Positions 33,253-42,355 of a stretch of 64,000 nt of DNA are shown piece after piece. A program made the position numbers and the translations under genes. This DNA comes from a virus: IMG/VR virus record IMGVR_UViG_3300012153_000001, positions 1,190-65,189 of that record; one strand, 5' to 3'. Below the pieces are notes generated by a model that saw only the letters and a program-made list of their open reading frames with translations, did not search any database and was not told where the DNA came from. Within the stretch, counting starts at the first letter, position 1. Each line of letters begins with the position of its first letter.

Positions 33253-33526
33253 TAACGTAACCTGCGAACGCTGCGACGGTTCCGGCCGCTATAACAAATC
33301 CTACGTATGTTACGGATGCGCCGGCACGGGCAACGCTAATACGCCGACTAAGCGCGTGATCTGCGTCAAGCCTTTCGCAAAGTTCGGATTCCTGCGCAGC
33401 ACCTTCGCAATCGCCCGCATGACTACGCCGGCCGTCTACACCGGAGAAACGCGCTGGATTATCCGCGGCCATACGTTACTTGAGCGCCATGTTAACGAAT
33501 ACTTTCGAGAGGTGGGCGGAAAATGA
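33245..33526 (+). CDS. DnaJ-type zinc-finger small protein
   Basis: Contains CERCDGSGRY and CYGCAGTGN (CxxCxGxG x2). Confidence 0.5.
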   Translation: MNNNVTCERCDGSGRYNKSYVCYGCAGTGNANTPTKRVICVKPFAKFGFLRSTFAIARMTTPAVYTGETRWIIRGHTLLERHVNEYFREVGGK

Positions 33527-33726
33527 GTACGAAGACATACGCACAGATCCTGCGGGATAGTTATACGAAGGATGACGCGCCAGATCAACGCCGGGCGCTG
33601 ATTCACGCAGCATTCGTCGGCATGCTCGAATCAATCGTTAACCAGGCGGACTACACAGCCGCGCAGAAAATATCGAAGATACGTAATCTTAACGACGCGC
33701 GTAAGGAGGTATTAGCGGATGAATAA
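33523..33726 (+). CDS. hypothetical protein
   Basis: ATGA overlap with the previous stop. SD GAGGTGGG upstream. Confidence 0.45.
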   Translation: MSTKTYAQILRDSYTKDDAPDQRRALIHAAFVGMLESIVNQADYTAAQKISKIRNLNDARKEVLADE

Positions 33727-33902
33727 GCGGTTATTTGCGGCAGGTAAACGGGTAGGTGGGCGGAGTTATGTACGGACGGCGGGCGGCGAGTGGGTCGAGG
33801 TAAAAGCGGCGGTGTCGGATGAAAAAGCGCGTTGATGTGCGGAAGATATGCGAACAAATGGGGCTGACGTTATATATTAAGATGAATAGGAAGGTGAGAT
33901 CG

Positions 33903-34085
33903 ATGATCAATTGGCAGGATGCTAAAGTAGGGCAACGACCGGGCGGCGTGGTTCTAATGACGGACGGGGAAGATGTGTTTCTCGGGTACTTTGACGACGA
34001 TATTAATGAGTGGGTTAGCTGCTACGGAGAGGATGAGTTTGACGAAATAACACACTTCGCGAAAATAATTCTTCCAGCTAAGTAA
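33903..34085 (+). CDS. DUF551-like small protein
   Basis: SD GGAAGGTGAG lies before ATG 33903. The pattern W..........VLM.DGEDVFLGYFD....W resembles DUF551. Confidence 0.4.
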   Translation: MINWQDAKVGQRPGGVVLMTDGEDVFLGYFDDDINEWVSCYGEDEFDEITHFAKIILPAK

Positions 34086-34161
34086 GAAATACAAGATAGT
34101 CCCAACACTTACCGCCTCACCTCGCCTTAGCCACGCGCTATAATCGGAGTGAGGTGTTTTT

Positions 34162-35022
34162 ATGTTCATTAGTCCGATGTTACTCGAAAAGGCGGACGCC
34201 CCGTTCTCGGATTCGCGCTTCATATTCGAGCCGAAGATCGACGGCCACCGCCTTATATTTTCGCAAATTGACGGAGAAGTCCGTTTATATACGCGTCACA
34301 ACAACGATTGCACTCGCCAGTATCCCGAAATAGCTGTCGCCCGATTCGGCCACGACGTTATCCTTGACGGTGAAATCGCGTGCGTTAACCCGGCAAATGG
34401 AGTCTCGGACTTTGAGGCGGTAATGTCCCGGTTCTCCGCGCGTAAAGCCGATAAGATACGCAATTTGACCGTAACTAACCCGGCCACATTCGCCGTATTC
34501 GACGTGCTGCGGTATAAAGACGCCGATGTCCGGAGCATACCGCTAATTGAGCGCAAGGCCATTCTCGCGGGGCTGACGATGCCTAACGCAAGCGTGGGCG
34601 TTGTCCCTTACGTAGAGGGCGCCGGCGAAGCGCTTTTTACGCAAATAGAAGGGCGCGAAATGGAAGGCGTAGTCGCCAAGCGGAAGGACAGTGCGTACGT
34701 AAGCCGCAGGTCCGCTGACTGGCGCAAGATTATTAACTGGACGTATGCCGACGTGTTCATAACGGGATACCGTAAAGGTGAGTTCGGTTGGCTTGCGAGT
34801 GTTGCGAATGAGCGCGGTAACGTCCGTCCCGCCGGCATTATCGAGTTTGGCGCGTCACCAACGCATAAGAAGGCGTTCTATGGCGTGAGTAAAGCGATCG
34901 TATCCGGTGAGGACAGCGAGTTTGTATACGTTGAGCCGTGGATTAGGGCTCGCGTTAAGATACGGAACTGGACCAAAGCGGGAATGTTGCGGACTCCGGT
35001 ATTCTGCGAGTTTATAGTTTAG
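34162..35022 (+). CDS. ATP-dependent DNA ligase (compact LigD-ligase-domain type)
   Basis: Motif I EPKIDGHR, motif III FDVL, motif IV EGVVAK, motif V DWRKI. A TATAAT at 34139-34144 lies upstream. Confidence 0.8.
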   Translation: MFISPMLLEKADAPFSDSRFIFEPKIDGHRLIFSQIDGEVRLYTRHNNDCTRQYPEIAVARFGHDVILDGEIACVNPANGVSDFEAVMSRFSARKADKIRNLTVTNPATFAVFDVLRYKDADVRSIPLIERKAILAGLTMPNASVGVVPYVEGAGEALFTQIEGREMEGVVAKRKDSAYVSRRSADWRKIINWTYADVFITGYRKGEFGWLASVANERGNVRPAGIIEFGASPTHKKAFYGVSKAIVSGEDSEFVYVEPWIRARVKIRNWTKAGMLRTPVFCEFIV

Positions 35023-35029
35023 CGAGAGG

Positions 35030-35053
35030 GACCGGAGTTATTCCGGTCTTTTT
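35030..35053. terminator. bidirectional hairpin terminator
   Basis: GACCGGA-GTTAT-TCCGGTC followed by TTTTT, between convergent genes. Confidence 0.7.
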
Positions 35054-35247
35054 CGTGTCCCCTGCACCTTGAATACGAAGAGGTCGCGCCTGAAATATGT
35101 ATCGGCAATCTTAACGTAATCTGGCGTGTACTTTTCGATGATTCCGCCGTAATCTGCGATCGTGTGAGCGCCGGGTTCGAAGACAGTAACGCGGACTTGA
35201 GCGAGGGCGGCCGCCAGCAATTCGGTGTCTGTAATTAACGTTTTCAT
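35038..35247 (-). CDS. hypothetical protein
   Basis: 69-codon ORF with a protein-like composition but no clear SD. Confidence 0.4.
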   Translation of the reverse strand: MKTLITDTELLAAALAQVRVTVFEPGAHTIADYGGIIEKYTPDYVKIADTYFRRDLFVFKVQGTRKRPE

Positions 35248-35393
35248 ACGAAAATAAATTCGGCAAATTGGCGAAAAATCCTTCTTGGAAGGTTGTTTTT
35301 TGCGTCATCTCAAGGCTATAGGAGTATAGGGCCGCCGATGTGCGGTCTTAATCCCGTTTGGGGAACGAAATTAATCGAAGGAGTGACGTGATT

Positions 35394-35546
35394 ATGGCGG
35401 CTATAAACGAAATCAGCGCGCGCATCAACGTAGATGTATCCGAGGCATTAACCGGACTTAAAGCGATTCAACGCGAGGCTAAGAAGGCTACGCAGGCATT
35501 ACGCGAGCTTGAAGAGGCGCAAAAGGCGGTGGCTGCGAGTGAGTAA
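35394..35546 (+). CDS. small coiled-coil protein (50 aa)
   Basis: SD AAGGAG 9 nt before ATG 35394. Confidence 0.4.
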   Translation: MAAINEISARINVDVSEALTGLKAIQREAKKATQALRELEEAQKAVAASE

Positions 35547-36393
35547 CGTAATTCCAATCGGAATCAATCCGGAAACGGGCGAAATCGGACGTTTTGTGCC
35601 ATACGGTCAAGGATACGAGGTTACAACGCCTAAACAGCGTGAAGCCCGCCGTAAGCACGTTAAACGGGCACAAGCGGTTGAGTCTCGTAACGGAATGCGT
35701 TGGGTTGCGTGCTATCACGATGCTATCCGCGACATTACGCAAAGCATGTCTCTTACGGAAGCAGGCGCGCTTATCCGATTGTTGCCGTTTCTACGTTTCA
35801 AGGGCGACGGCAAGCTTATCGAGAACGGCAAACCGCTTAAACAGGCGGACATTCAGCGCATCATTGGACGTAGTAAGCCCGTTACGATCGCGTTGCTCAA
35901 GCGCCTGGAAGAGCTCTCCGTCATCACGAAGGAGACGTCCGGACGGTCTAACGTATACGCGTTTAATGGCGACTTCCATACGTACGGCATCGTTAATGAA
36001 GGCGTTAAGTTTACGAAGCTGTACCAGTACCATACGAACGAGATTACGCGCGATCTTGACTTAAACGAGATCGGCCTACTATACAAGATACTTCCGTATT
36101 TCCACTATCAAACGTTCTACCTTTGCGCTAACCCGGATGAGGATAGCGAGGACAACATCGATCACTTAACGCGCGAGAGACTGGCTGAGCTTATCGGACA
36201 CGAACCGGAAACAGTATCGCGCCTAATATCGAAGCTGCAGTCTAAAGGCGTTATCCTATCGACTAAAGCGATGAACAGCGTCAACTATATCGTCCATCCT
36301 GACGTCATGTATCGGCAGGAAACGGAAGACGCAGAGTACGCGGGAATGGTGCGGAGACTGTTCAAACAACACAGACTGCGCCAAGCTATGTGA
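35539..36393 (+). CDS. double winged-helix DNA-binding protein (replication-initiator-like)
   Basis: Two wHTH-like units: QADIQRIIGRSKPVTIALLKRLEELSVI and RERLAELIGHEPETVSRLISKLQSKGVI. The start is GTG 35539 (or TTG 35509). Confidence 0.55.
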   Translation: MSNVIPIGINPETGEIGRFVPYGQGYEVTTPKQREARRKHVKRAQAVESRNGMRWVACYHDAIRDITQSMSLTEAGALIRLLPFLRFKGDGKLIENGKPLKQADIQRIIGRSKPVTIALLKRLEELSVITKETSGRSNVYAFNGDFHTYGIVNEGVKFTKLYQYHTNEITRDLDLNEIGLLYKILPYFHYQTFYLCANPDEDSEDNIDHLTRERLAELIGHEPETVSRLISKLQSKGVILSTKAMNSVNYIVHPDVMYRQETEDAEYAGMVRRLFKQHRLRQAM

Positions 36394-36445
36394 TCAAATC
36401 ATTACCTATTGAGGGGGTCTATGTGACCAAATCAATACCAATCGA
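36388..36445 (+). repeat. iteron-like direct repeat pair
   Basis: ATGTGATCAAATCATTACCTATTGA (36388-36412) and ATGTGACCAAATCAATACCAATCGA (36421-36445) are 21/25 identical with a 33-bp period. Confidence 0.75.
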
Positions 36446-36599
36446 AAGTCGCCTGAGCCTTAGAGCCACGCGGCTTTTCGGCGTTTTTGGGCAAAATGTT
36501 CTCTTATCTTATAGAGACTTTTATCCGCGCAAAAACAGTGGTTCGTTCCATATAATGCGGAGTTCGCGAAGAGAGTTGAAAGAGGTACCTACCGCTTCG

Positions 36600-36639
36600 G
36601 TTGATTTTGCTTCGCAAACTAAACCTCGCGGGATGACTA
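36600..36639 (+). repeat. 40-bp conserved non-coding element, copy 2
   Basis: 37/40 identical to 933-972. Confidence 0.85.
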
Positions 36640-36844
36640 AGGTAAAGGAGTAGCGCGTCATCAATTCTATGTTCCAGAGCCGCCAGGCGATGGAGCTAGG
36701 AACGCAGTGACGAAGCATTCTTTAAGCTCAAACCTCTGTCTGTAAGAAACATGAAGCTTACTCTTCGAAGTACCTCATGTAGTCAAGATCAAATAACGCG
36801 GATGTTTACGTTAAGCGAACGCTAAGTGAGCGGAGGGAGAACGT

Positions 36845-37015
36845 ATGTTAAACGTAGTAATGTTCGTATGGTTTACGTTAGGTGCGTACTTAGCCGTGAG
36901 ACATACGCGTGAATACGCTAATGATCCGTTAGGTGTCGTAATTGCTTACGCTTGTCCTCCGCTTTATCTAGCGGTTAGGTTCGTAGTTAGACGTATACCT
37001 TGGATCGGAGAGTGA
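36845..37015 (+). CDS. small membrane protein (56 aa)
   Basis: SD GGAGGGAG lies before the ATG. Two hydrophobic segments. Confidence 0.4.
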   Translation: MLNVVMFVWFTLGAYLAVRHTREYANDPLGVVIAYACPPLYLAVRFVVRRIPWIGE

Positions 37016-37019
37016 GCGT

Positions 37020-37181
37020 ATGACTACGGATGAGATACGCAAGAAGATCGCTAAAGAACGCAACCTTAAAGTAGATAATATCGAGTACCACGAAGGTATC
37101 TATTGGTATTGCGTTAGAGGCGGCAACAGCGGCGTGACCCTTGTGCGTCACCCACTCGCTGAATACGTAGAATCACCGTAA
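37020..37181 (+). CDS. small hypothetical protein (53 aa)
   Basis: The ATG lies 4 nt after the previous stop, with GGAGAG upstream. Confidence 0.4.
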   Translation: MTTDEIRKKIAKERNLKVDNIEYHEGIYWYCVRGGNSGVTLVRHPLAEYVESP

Positions 37182-37790
37182 TATTAGCGCGTCTATCTTA
37201 CGCCTTGCCTGAGCGTAGGAAGGCGCGTTATTAGCGTGTTTAAGCTATCGAGTACAAACGGAAGTATTGACGTGAGGGTACGGAGGAAAGGCGCTATTAG
37301 CACGTAGATATTACGGTAATGGAGCGCAGCTATTCGGCATTGACGTAAACACTTCGGATTAGGTACGTGAGAAGCAGCGGAACCATGTACGGATAGGTGG
37401 TGCGCAGGTAGGCGATGGGTAACGGGGGATTACAGTAGGTATGGCGGAATCACCTACGAGAGCCGCCTGGCGCAAGCCCTCCGCCAAACTCACGGGGCAC
37501 TGGCGGTAGTACTCACGTTAATCACCGCTTATTCTGCGTTATAGTACAAATGGCGCGGCGATTACGGGCGATGCGGAAGGGGCTAACGGGCGGAAACATA
37601 GGCGGGGCGCGGGTTTGCGCAACCTGTAACTTTCGTAGATATATGTACAAAAGTCAGCATTTATGTAAATGCCATCGCGTTAATGCGTTAACGTACAAAC
37701 GCAAAGCGGTGACCCCCAAGGCCCCCGTCGCGGGCGGCCGGGTCAGGCGGTAACTACTAGCTCACGAAAATTTATCCTCAGGGGGTTATT

Positions 37791-38405
37791 ATGACGAAGA
37801 ATCCGGAGCTAAACGAAAAGCGACGCGAACGACGGAAGAATGATCCAGAATATCGAGCGCGGTTGAACGAGTATTCCCGCAGGTACCAAGCCGCTAGGAG
37901 GACGGATGAGTCACGTGCTAAACACCGTGAGCGAACACGTGAGTACCGCGCCAAGAACCCGCACATAACGTTTTACACAACGTCACGGTATCTCGCAGGT
38001 AAAGCGGGAGTATTTTCGGACATTACCGAAGCAGACGCGCTTGATATTTACGAACTGCCTAACGTTTGTGCATATTGCGGAACGGATCACGGCCCGACTC
38101 CGGAAAAGCGCGCCATCCACATCGATCACATTATTCCAATGGTGCAGGGCGGTCACAACACTCGATGGAACCTCGCAAAAGTATGTATAAGCTGTAACAC
38201 GTCAAAAGATTCCGCATCTCTTATTGATTTCCGCGAGAGAACAGAAGCATTCACACAGGAACGTTATGACGCAGTTGTCGCTCAAATGGCGCGGCTGTCC
38301 GGAAAGTCTATCGAAGAGATAACGCATCTACTCGAACAGTCCCACGAATTTGAAGTCGCATATCAGCGCGAGAGGGAGCGGATGGTTTTGCTTCTCAGTG
38401 CTTAA
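37791..38405 (+). CDS. HNH endonuclease (packaging-associated)
   Basis: CAYCG...HIDHIIP...GGHNTRWNLAKVCISCN forms the HNH core. The gene sits directly upstream of the terminase genes. Confidence 0.85.
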   Translation: MTKNPELNEKRRERRKNDPEYRARLNEYSRRYQAARRTDESRAKHRERTREYRAKNPHITFYTTSRYLAGKAGVFSDITEADALDIYELPNVCAYCGTDHGPTPEKRAIHIDHIIPMVQGGHNTRWNLAKVCISCNTSKDSASLIDFRERTEAFTQERYDAVVAQMARLSGKSIEEITHLLEQSHEFEVAYQRERERMVLLLSA

Positions 38406-38423
38406 TATTCACGTAAAATCACC

Positions 38424-38493
38424 GTCAAATTAGCGCATTACATACGGTTTGGGTACATCCGTTACCCCTACGTGTGAAATGCGCTAATTTGAC
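38424..38493. repeat. 16-bp perfect inverted repeat between HNH and terS (candidate cos/terminase site)
   Basis: GTCAAATTAGCGCATT (38424-38439) pairs with AATGCGCTAATTTGAC (38478-38493). The pair is flanked by direct repeats ACGTAAAATCAC and ACGTAAAAATCAC. Confidence 0.8.
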
Positions 38494-38526
38494 GTAAAAA
38501 TCACGGGGAAACGGAGGGGTACGAAT

Positions 38527-38958
38527 ATGTCAAAACGGAAATCAGCGTTAGAGGCGAAATTGGAAGTGCGCCAGATCCGCGCGGCTCTCTTGTGCGTTGA
38601 ACGCGAGTTTGCTGCGGAAGATGAGCGCAAAGGATTCGATGAGATTGCGGAGGAAGTCGGAGTATCACGCCAATCACTGTATAAATGGCGGACGCAAAAT
38701 CGTACGTTTATCGACTACGTGAATCTGATCGCGGACGAAATGCTCGAAGCTGAGCGCGCGTTTGTATATCGGCAGCTTATGAAGACGATTAGCGGATCGC
38801 AACCGTCCATTAAGGGCATCGACTTGTACTTTAAGCGCCACGGACTCATTACGAATCAAATCGCGGTTGAAACGAAAGGCGCAGACGGCGCTAAGACAAA
38901 CGAAGATATCAGCGCGGAGATTGCGGAACTGGACGCTCTACTTGGCGACGAAGAATAA
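38527..38958 (+). CDS. terminase small subunit
   Basis: HTH is FDEIAEEVGVSRQSLYKWR. The gene sits directly upstream of TerL. Confidence 0.65.
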   Translation: MSKRKSALEAKLEVRQIRAALLCVEREFAAEDERKGFDEIAEEVGVSRQSLYKWRTQNRTFIDYVNLIADEMLEAERAFVYRQLMKTISGSQPSIKGIDLYFKRHGLITNQIAVETKGADGAKTNEDISAEIAELDALLGDEE

Positions 38959-38977
38959 ACGATAAGGAGGCGGTATT

Positions 38978-40747
38978 TTGGCGTGGATCAATGACGAATG
39001 GCTTGATAAGCCTGCGAGACAAGAGCGGATCAAGCTCGTTAGTGAACGCGCTAAGAAGCTGCGGGCCTTGATCGAGAGCGGTCGCGCTACGGAGTACCAC
39101 AACGAGACATTCCGGATTACGCTCAGCGAGTTGAAGCGGCTTAAACGGATCGATCGCGCGGAAGACGACATGCTGTTCTTCTTCTACGAGTACTTTTCGG
39201 AAGCGCGGAATCCCGGCAATCCGGACAACCTCGTTCCGACTCCGGACGTGGATATAGATGGCGCGCCGGACTTTCACCTTAAGCTATCGCGTATCCTAGA
39301 CTCGGTATCATCACGTAATAAGACAGCGCGTATCGCATGGGCGGCGAGTCGGGGTCACGCCAAGTCTGCATACCTATCAAACGCCTTTCCGGTCCATGAG
39401 ATCGCGTACAGGAAGCGGAAGATGATCCTTATTATCTCCGAGACGAATAACGGTTCGAAGAAGTTCATCAAGTGGGTTGCAAATCAGCTTAAGCACAATC
39501 AGAAGCTACGCGAGGACTTCGGTCCCTTGCTCCATGAGAAGAAGATGCTGAACGAAAAGGATTCGGAAGACGCGTTCCTTACGCTAAGCGGCGCGAAGAT
39601 GGAAGCGACATCGCTCGGTATGCAAATCCGGGGTTTCCGTAACGGGGCTTATCGGCCGGACCTTATCCTGCTCGACGACTTGGAATCGCGCGACTCGAAC
39701 AATACGCCGGACTTGCGTCAGAAGGCGAAGGATTGGCTTAACGCGGACTTGATGCCGGCATACGATCCGACTCGTACCGCGATTATCTTCATGGGTACAA
39801 TCGTCCACCACGACTCGCTCTTAAACTACGTGCTCAACGAGCGGCGCGACTTTATCAAGAACCGTTTCCCCGCGATTATCTCGCCGCCTGAGCGCGCGGA
39901 TTTGTGGGCGGAGTTCGAACGTATCTACAAGGACTACGAACCTACTGACGAGGAGTTAGCGGAGTTTGAGGACTCGGAGGAAGAGCGTTCGGCACCTAAC
40001 GTTGAGGCCGCGCTTAAGTATTTCGAAGCTAACCGCGAGGAAATGGAACGTGGGTCCGAGGTATTGTGGCCGCAGCGCTTTCCGATACAGTTTCTCGCTC
40101 TTGAAAAGCTAAACTACGGCACCAAAGCGTTTAATACGGAATTTATGAACAATCCGGTCGACGAGGACTCGCAGATATTCAAACCGGACACCTTCACGTA
40201 CTACGACGCCGGCATGACGTTCCCTCACCGCGATTATAACATTACCATGGGAATCGACTTCGCCATGGGTAAACAGCGCGGAGACTACTCGGCAATAGTC
40301 GTACTGGCCCGCCATAAAATAACGGCCAAATATTACGTAATTCATGCGTGGGGAGCGCGAGTGCATCCCGACGCTTTTTTAACGGAGATCGTTACGCAGG
40401 TACTCCGGTTTCAGCCGGATGCAATCGCTGCTGAGGCGCAGATGGCGCAAGAGTTCTTCGTACACAAGCTTAAGCAAGAGCTGCAGGCGAAAGGGTTCCC
40501 GTCAAGTACGCGCGTTAAGGAGATACACCAACGAACGCGGAAAGAGCTCCGGATCGAGGCGTTAATACCGGATATCGAAAAGGGAACGATTCAATTTAGC
40601 AAAGCGCACGCGCTGTTAATTGAGCACTTCGAACGATACGGAAGTAACTGGCACGATGACCTTCCGGATGCCCTCGAAATGGCGTATTCGATTAATAAAC
40701 GCGGCCGCAAGAAGATACGGACGACTAAGCCTAAGTGGGCGTACTAA
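38978..40747 (+). CDS. terminase large subunit
   Basis: TTG start after AAGGAGG. ATPase motifs AASRGHAKS and LILLDDLE. C-terminal RNaseH-like nuclease domain (GIDFAMG...). Confidence 0.9.
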   Translation: MAWINDEWLDKPARQERIKLVSERAKKLRALIESGRATEYHNETFRITLSELKRLKRIDRAEDDMLFFFYEYFSEARNPGNPDNLVPTPDVDIDGAPDFHLKLSRILDSVSSRNKTARIAWAASRGHAKSAYLSNAFPVHEIAYRKRKMILIISETNNGSKKFIKWVANQLKHNQKLREDFGPLLHEKKMLNEKDSEDAFLTLSGAKMEATSLGMQIRGFRNGAYRPDLILLDDLESRDSNNTPDLRQKAKDWLNADLMPAYDPTRTAIIFMGTIVHHDSLLNYVLNERRDFIKNRFPAIISPPERADLWAEFERIYKDYEPTDEELAEFEDSEEERSAPNVEAALKYFEANREEMERGSEVLWPQRFPIQFLALEKLNYGTKAFNTEFMNNPVDEDSQIFKPDTFTYYDAGMTFPHRDYNITMGIDFAMGKQRGDYSAIVVLARHKITAKYYVIHAWGARVHPDAFLTEIVTQVLRFQPDAIAAEAQMAQEFFVHKLKQELQAKGFPSSTRVKEIHQRTRKELRIEALIPDIEKGTIQFSKAHALLIEHFERYGSNWHDDLPDALEMAYSINKRGRKKIRTTKPKWAY

Positions 40748-40768
40748 AAAGCGGAAGGAGGATGCAAT

Positions 40769-42355
40769 TTGACCGAATTTTACACGGTTAAGGAGACAAA
40801 GCTGTTCTACCCTGGCGCTCAATATCCGCCTCAAACAGAAATTGCGCGGTTAGCTAAGTACGAACGAGGCCGCAAGATATTCGAAGGCAAACACGCCGAG
40901 ATTTATGACCGCGCCACTAAATTGCTCGGAGATACTCCGCACGCGCCTCAGCTTAAAACGCTCTTCATTGCGGTGAATATCGTTGACGTTCTCGTAACGA
41001 AACCGGCCGACTTGCTTGTTGGCGAGAAACCTACGTACAACAGCGGTAAGGGTCCGAAGTCGACCGAGCAGAGACAGCTAGACTCTATCGTTGAGGAAAA
41101 CGACCTTAATCAGATGATCCATGAAACCACGATCGGCGGCGGTTACCGCGGTGACTCGTTTATCAAAACACGTTACGGTATCCGCGATGATTTTACGGAA
41201 ACTGAGCGGCTCGGACTCAAGTTACCTGTTACAAAGAAAGAAGCGATTATCGAAACGGTAGACCCGTCAATAGTGTTTCCGGAGCTGTCACGCGGATCGA
41301 AGAAACGATTCAAGGCAATTAATATCGCGTGGGTTGAGTGGGAGGTCGAACAGACTCGCTCGATCATGTCTTTCATACGCAGTGTACCGACATCCGCTGA
41401 ATCCCCTTACTTGAATGTTGAGCGGCACATACCTGGATATATCATTTACGAGCGGTTCAAGCTCATTGAAAATGGTATCGACAACTCAGAGGACATTCCG
41501 ATTCCGATTTATATTGTCGGAGAGCAGGTTGGGGAGACGTGGAAAGAAGAAACGGGAACTCCACACCTGAATGTTGACCATATCCCTCATAAGACAACGG
41601 ACGATAATTGGCAGGGGATCAGTACCGTTGAAAAGATGGAAAGCGTGCTTTCAGCAATCAATGATCGCTTAGTCCAGATCGACTATATCTTGTGGAAACA
41701 CAGTGACCCAATTATGTACGGTCCAGAAGACGTCGGCGATGACGAGGCTAACACGGTAAGAGCAAGTACGGGGTATATTCCAGTTTCCAAGGATGACGTG
41801 GTTCCCGCGTATCTAGTCTGGAATTCCCAACTTGACGGCGCGTTTAAGGAGCTCGACTACCTACTCGGCCTCGTGTATCAAATGGCGGAAACCCCGCAGT
41901 GGTTATTCGGTACAACGATCACGGCGGACAGCGGCGGCACGGGAACGTCACACACGGACGGAGCGGCAATTAAAGCCCGGTTTATGCCGATCCTCAAGAA
42001 AGTGGAGCGTATTCGGACGCACGTTGACCGCGCGATCAGGAATGCGTTATGGAAAGCGATGGTGCTTGAAAACATCGCGAACACTGGCGTTGAGTCCTTC
42101 GAGAGTTACGAGGCAGTATATCCGACGATTGGCTGGCGCGATGGAATTCCGCGTAACGAGAAGGAAGCCGCTGAAACAGCGCAAATACGTACCGGTAATA
42201 AGGCTACATGGTCCGTTACTGACGCGATCAAGGACCTCGACGGCGTAACTGACGCTGAGGCCGAAGAAACCATCCGCCGCATCGACGAAGATGAAACGCG
42301 CGTCGGCGGCATAGCGGATTCAACGTCGGCGGACGCGGTGTTTAACAATGGATGA
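40769..42355 (+). CDS. portal protein (SPP1 gp6-like)
   Basis: Size (528 aa) and position after TerL fit a portal. SD GGAAGGAGGA upstream. Confidence 0.8.
   Translation: MTEFYTVKETKLFYPGAQYPPQTEIARLAKYERGRKIFEGKHAEIYDRATKLLGDTPHAPQLKTLFIAVNIVDVLVTKPADLLVGEKPTYNSGKGPKSTEQRQLDSIVEENDLNQMIHETTIGGGYRGDSFIKTRYGIRDDFTETERLGLKLPVTKKEAIIETVDPSIVFPELSRGSKKRFKAINIAWVEWEVEQTRSIMSFIRSVPTSAESPYLNVERHIPGYIIYERFKLIENGIDNSEDIPIPIYIVGEQVGETWKEETGTPHLNVDHIPHKTTDDNWQGISTVEKMESVLSAINDRLVQIDYILWKHSDPIMYGPEDVGDDEANTVRASTGYIPVSKDDVVPAYLVWNSQLDGAFKELDYLLGLVYQMAETPQWLFGTTITADSGGTGTSHTDGAAIKARFMPILKKVERIRTHVDRAIRNALWKAMVLENIANTGVESFESYEAVYPTIGWRDGIPRNEKEAAETAQIRTGNKATWSVTDAIKDLDGVTDAEAEETIRRIDEDETRVGGIADSTSADAVFNNG

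Noticed and set aside
36530-36565. tRNA-like T-loop (GGTTCGTTCC)
   Set aside because: The flanking bases cannot form a T-stem or acceptor stem, and no anticodon arm could be built. No tRNA was found anywhere in the window by eye.
36390-36653. 87-aa plus-strand ORF
   Set aside because: It has no SD. It spans the iteron-like repeats and the conserved 40-mer, and copy 1 of that 40-mer at 933 lies in no ORF. The translation looks non-protein-like.
37440-37520. ZTP (pfl) riboswitch-like words: GGCGGA...GCCGCCTGGCGCA and ACTGGCG
   Set aside because: The order of the sub-domains is wrong, since ACTGGCG lies downstream rather than upstream. The pseudoknot sequence differs from CCGCCUGGGCA, and no purine or folate gene follows.
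37550-37753. 67-aa very basic plus-strand ORF
   Set aside because: It has no SD. Its Arg/Gly-rich translation derives from GC-rich hairpin sequence, so the region is more likely non-coding DNA or RNA.
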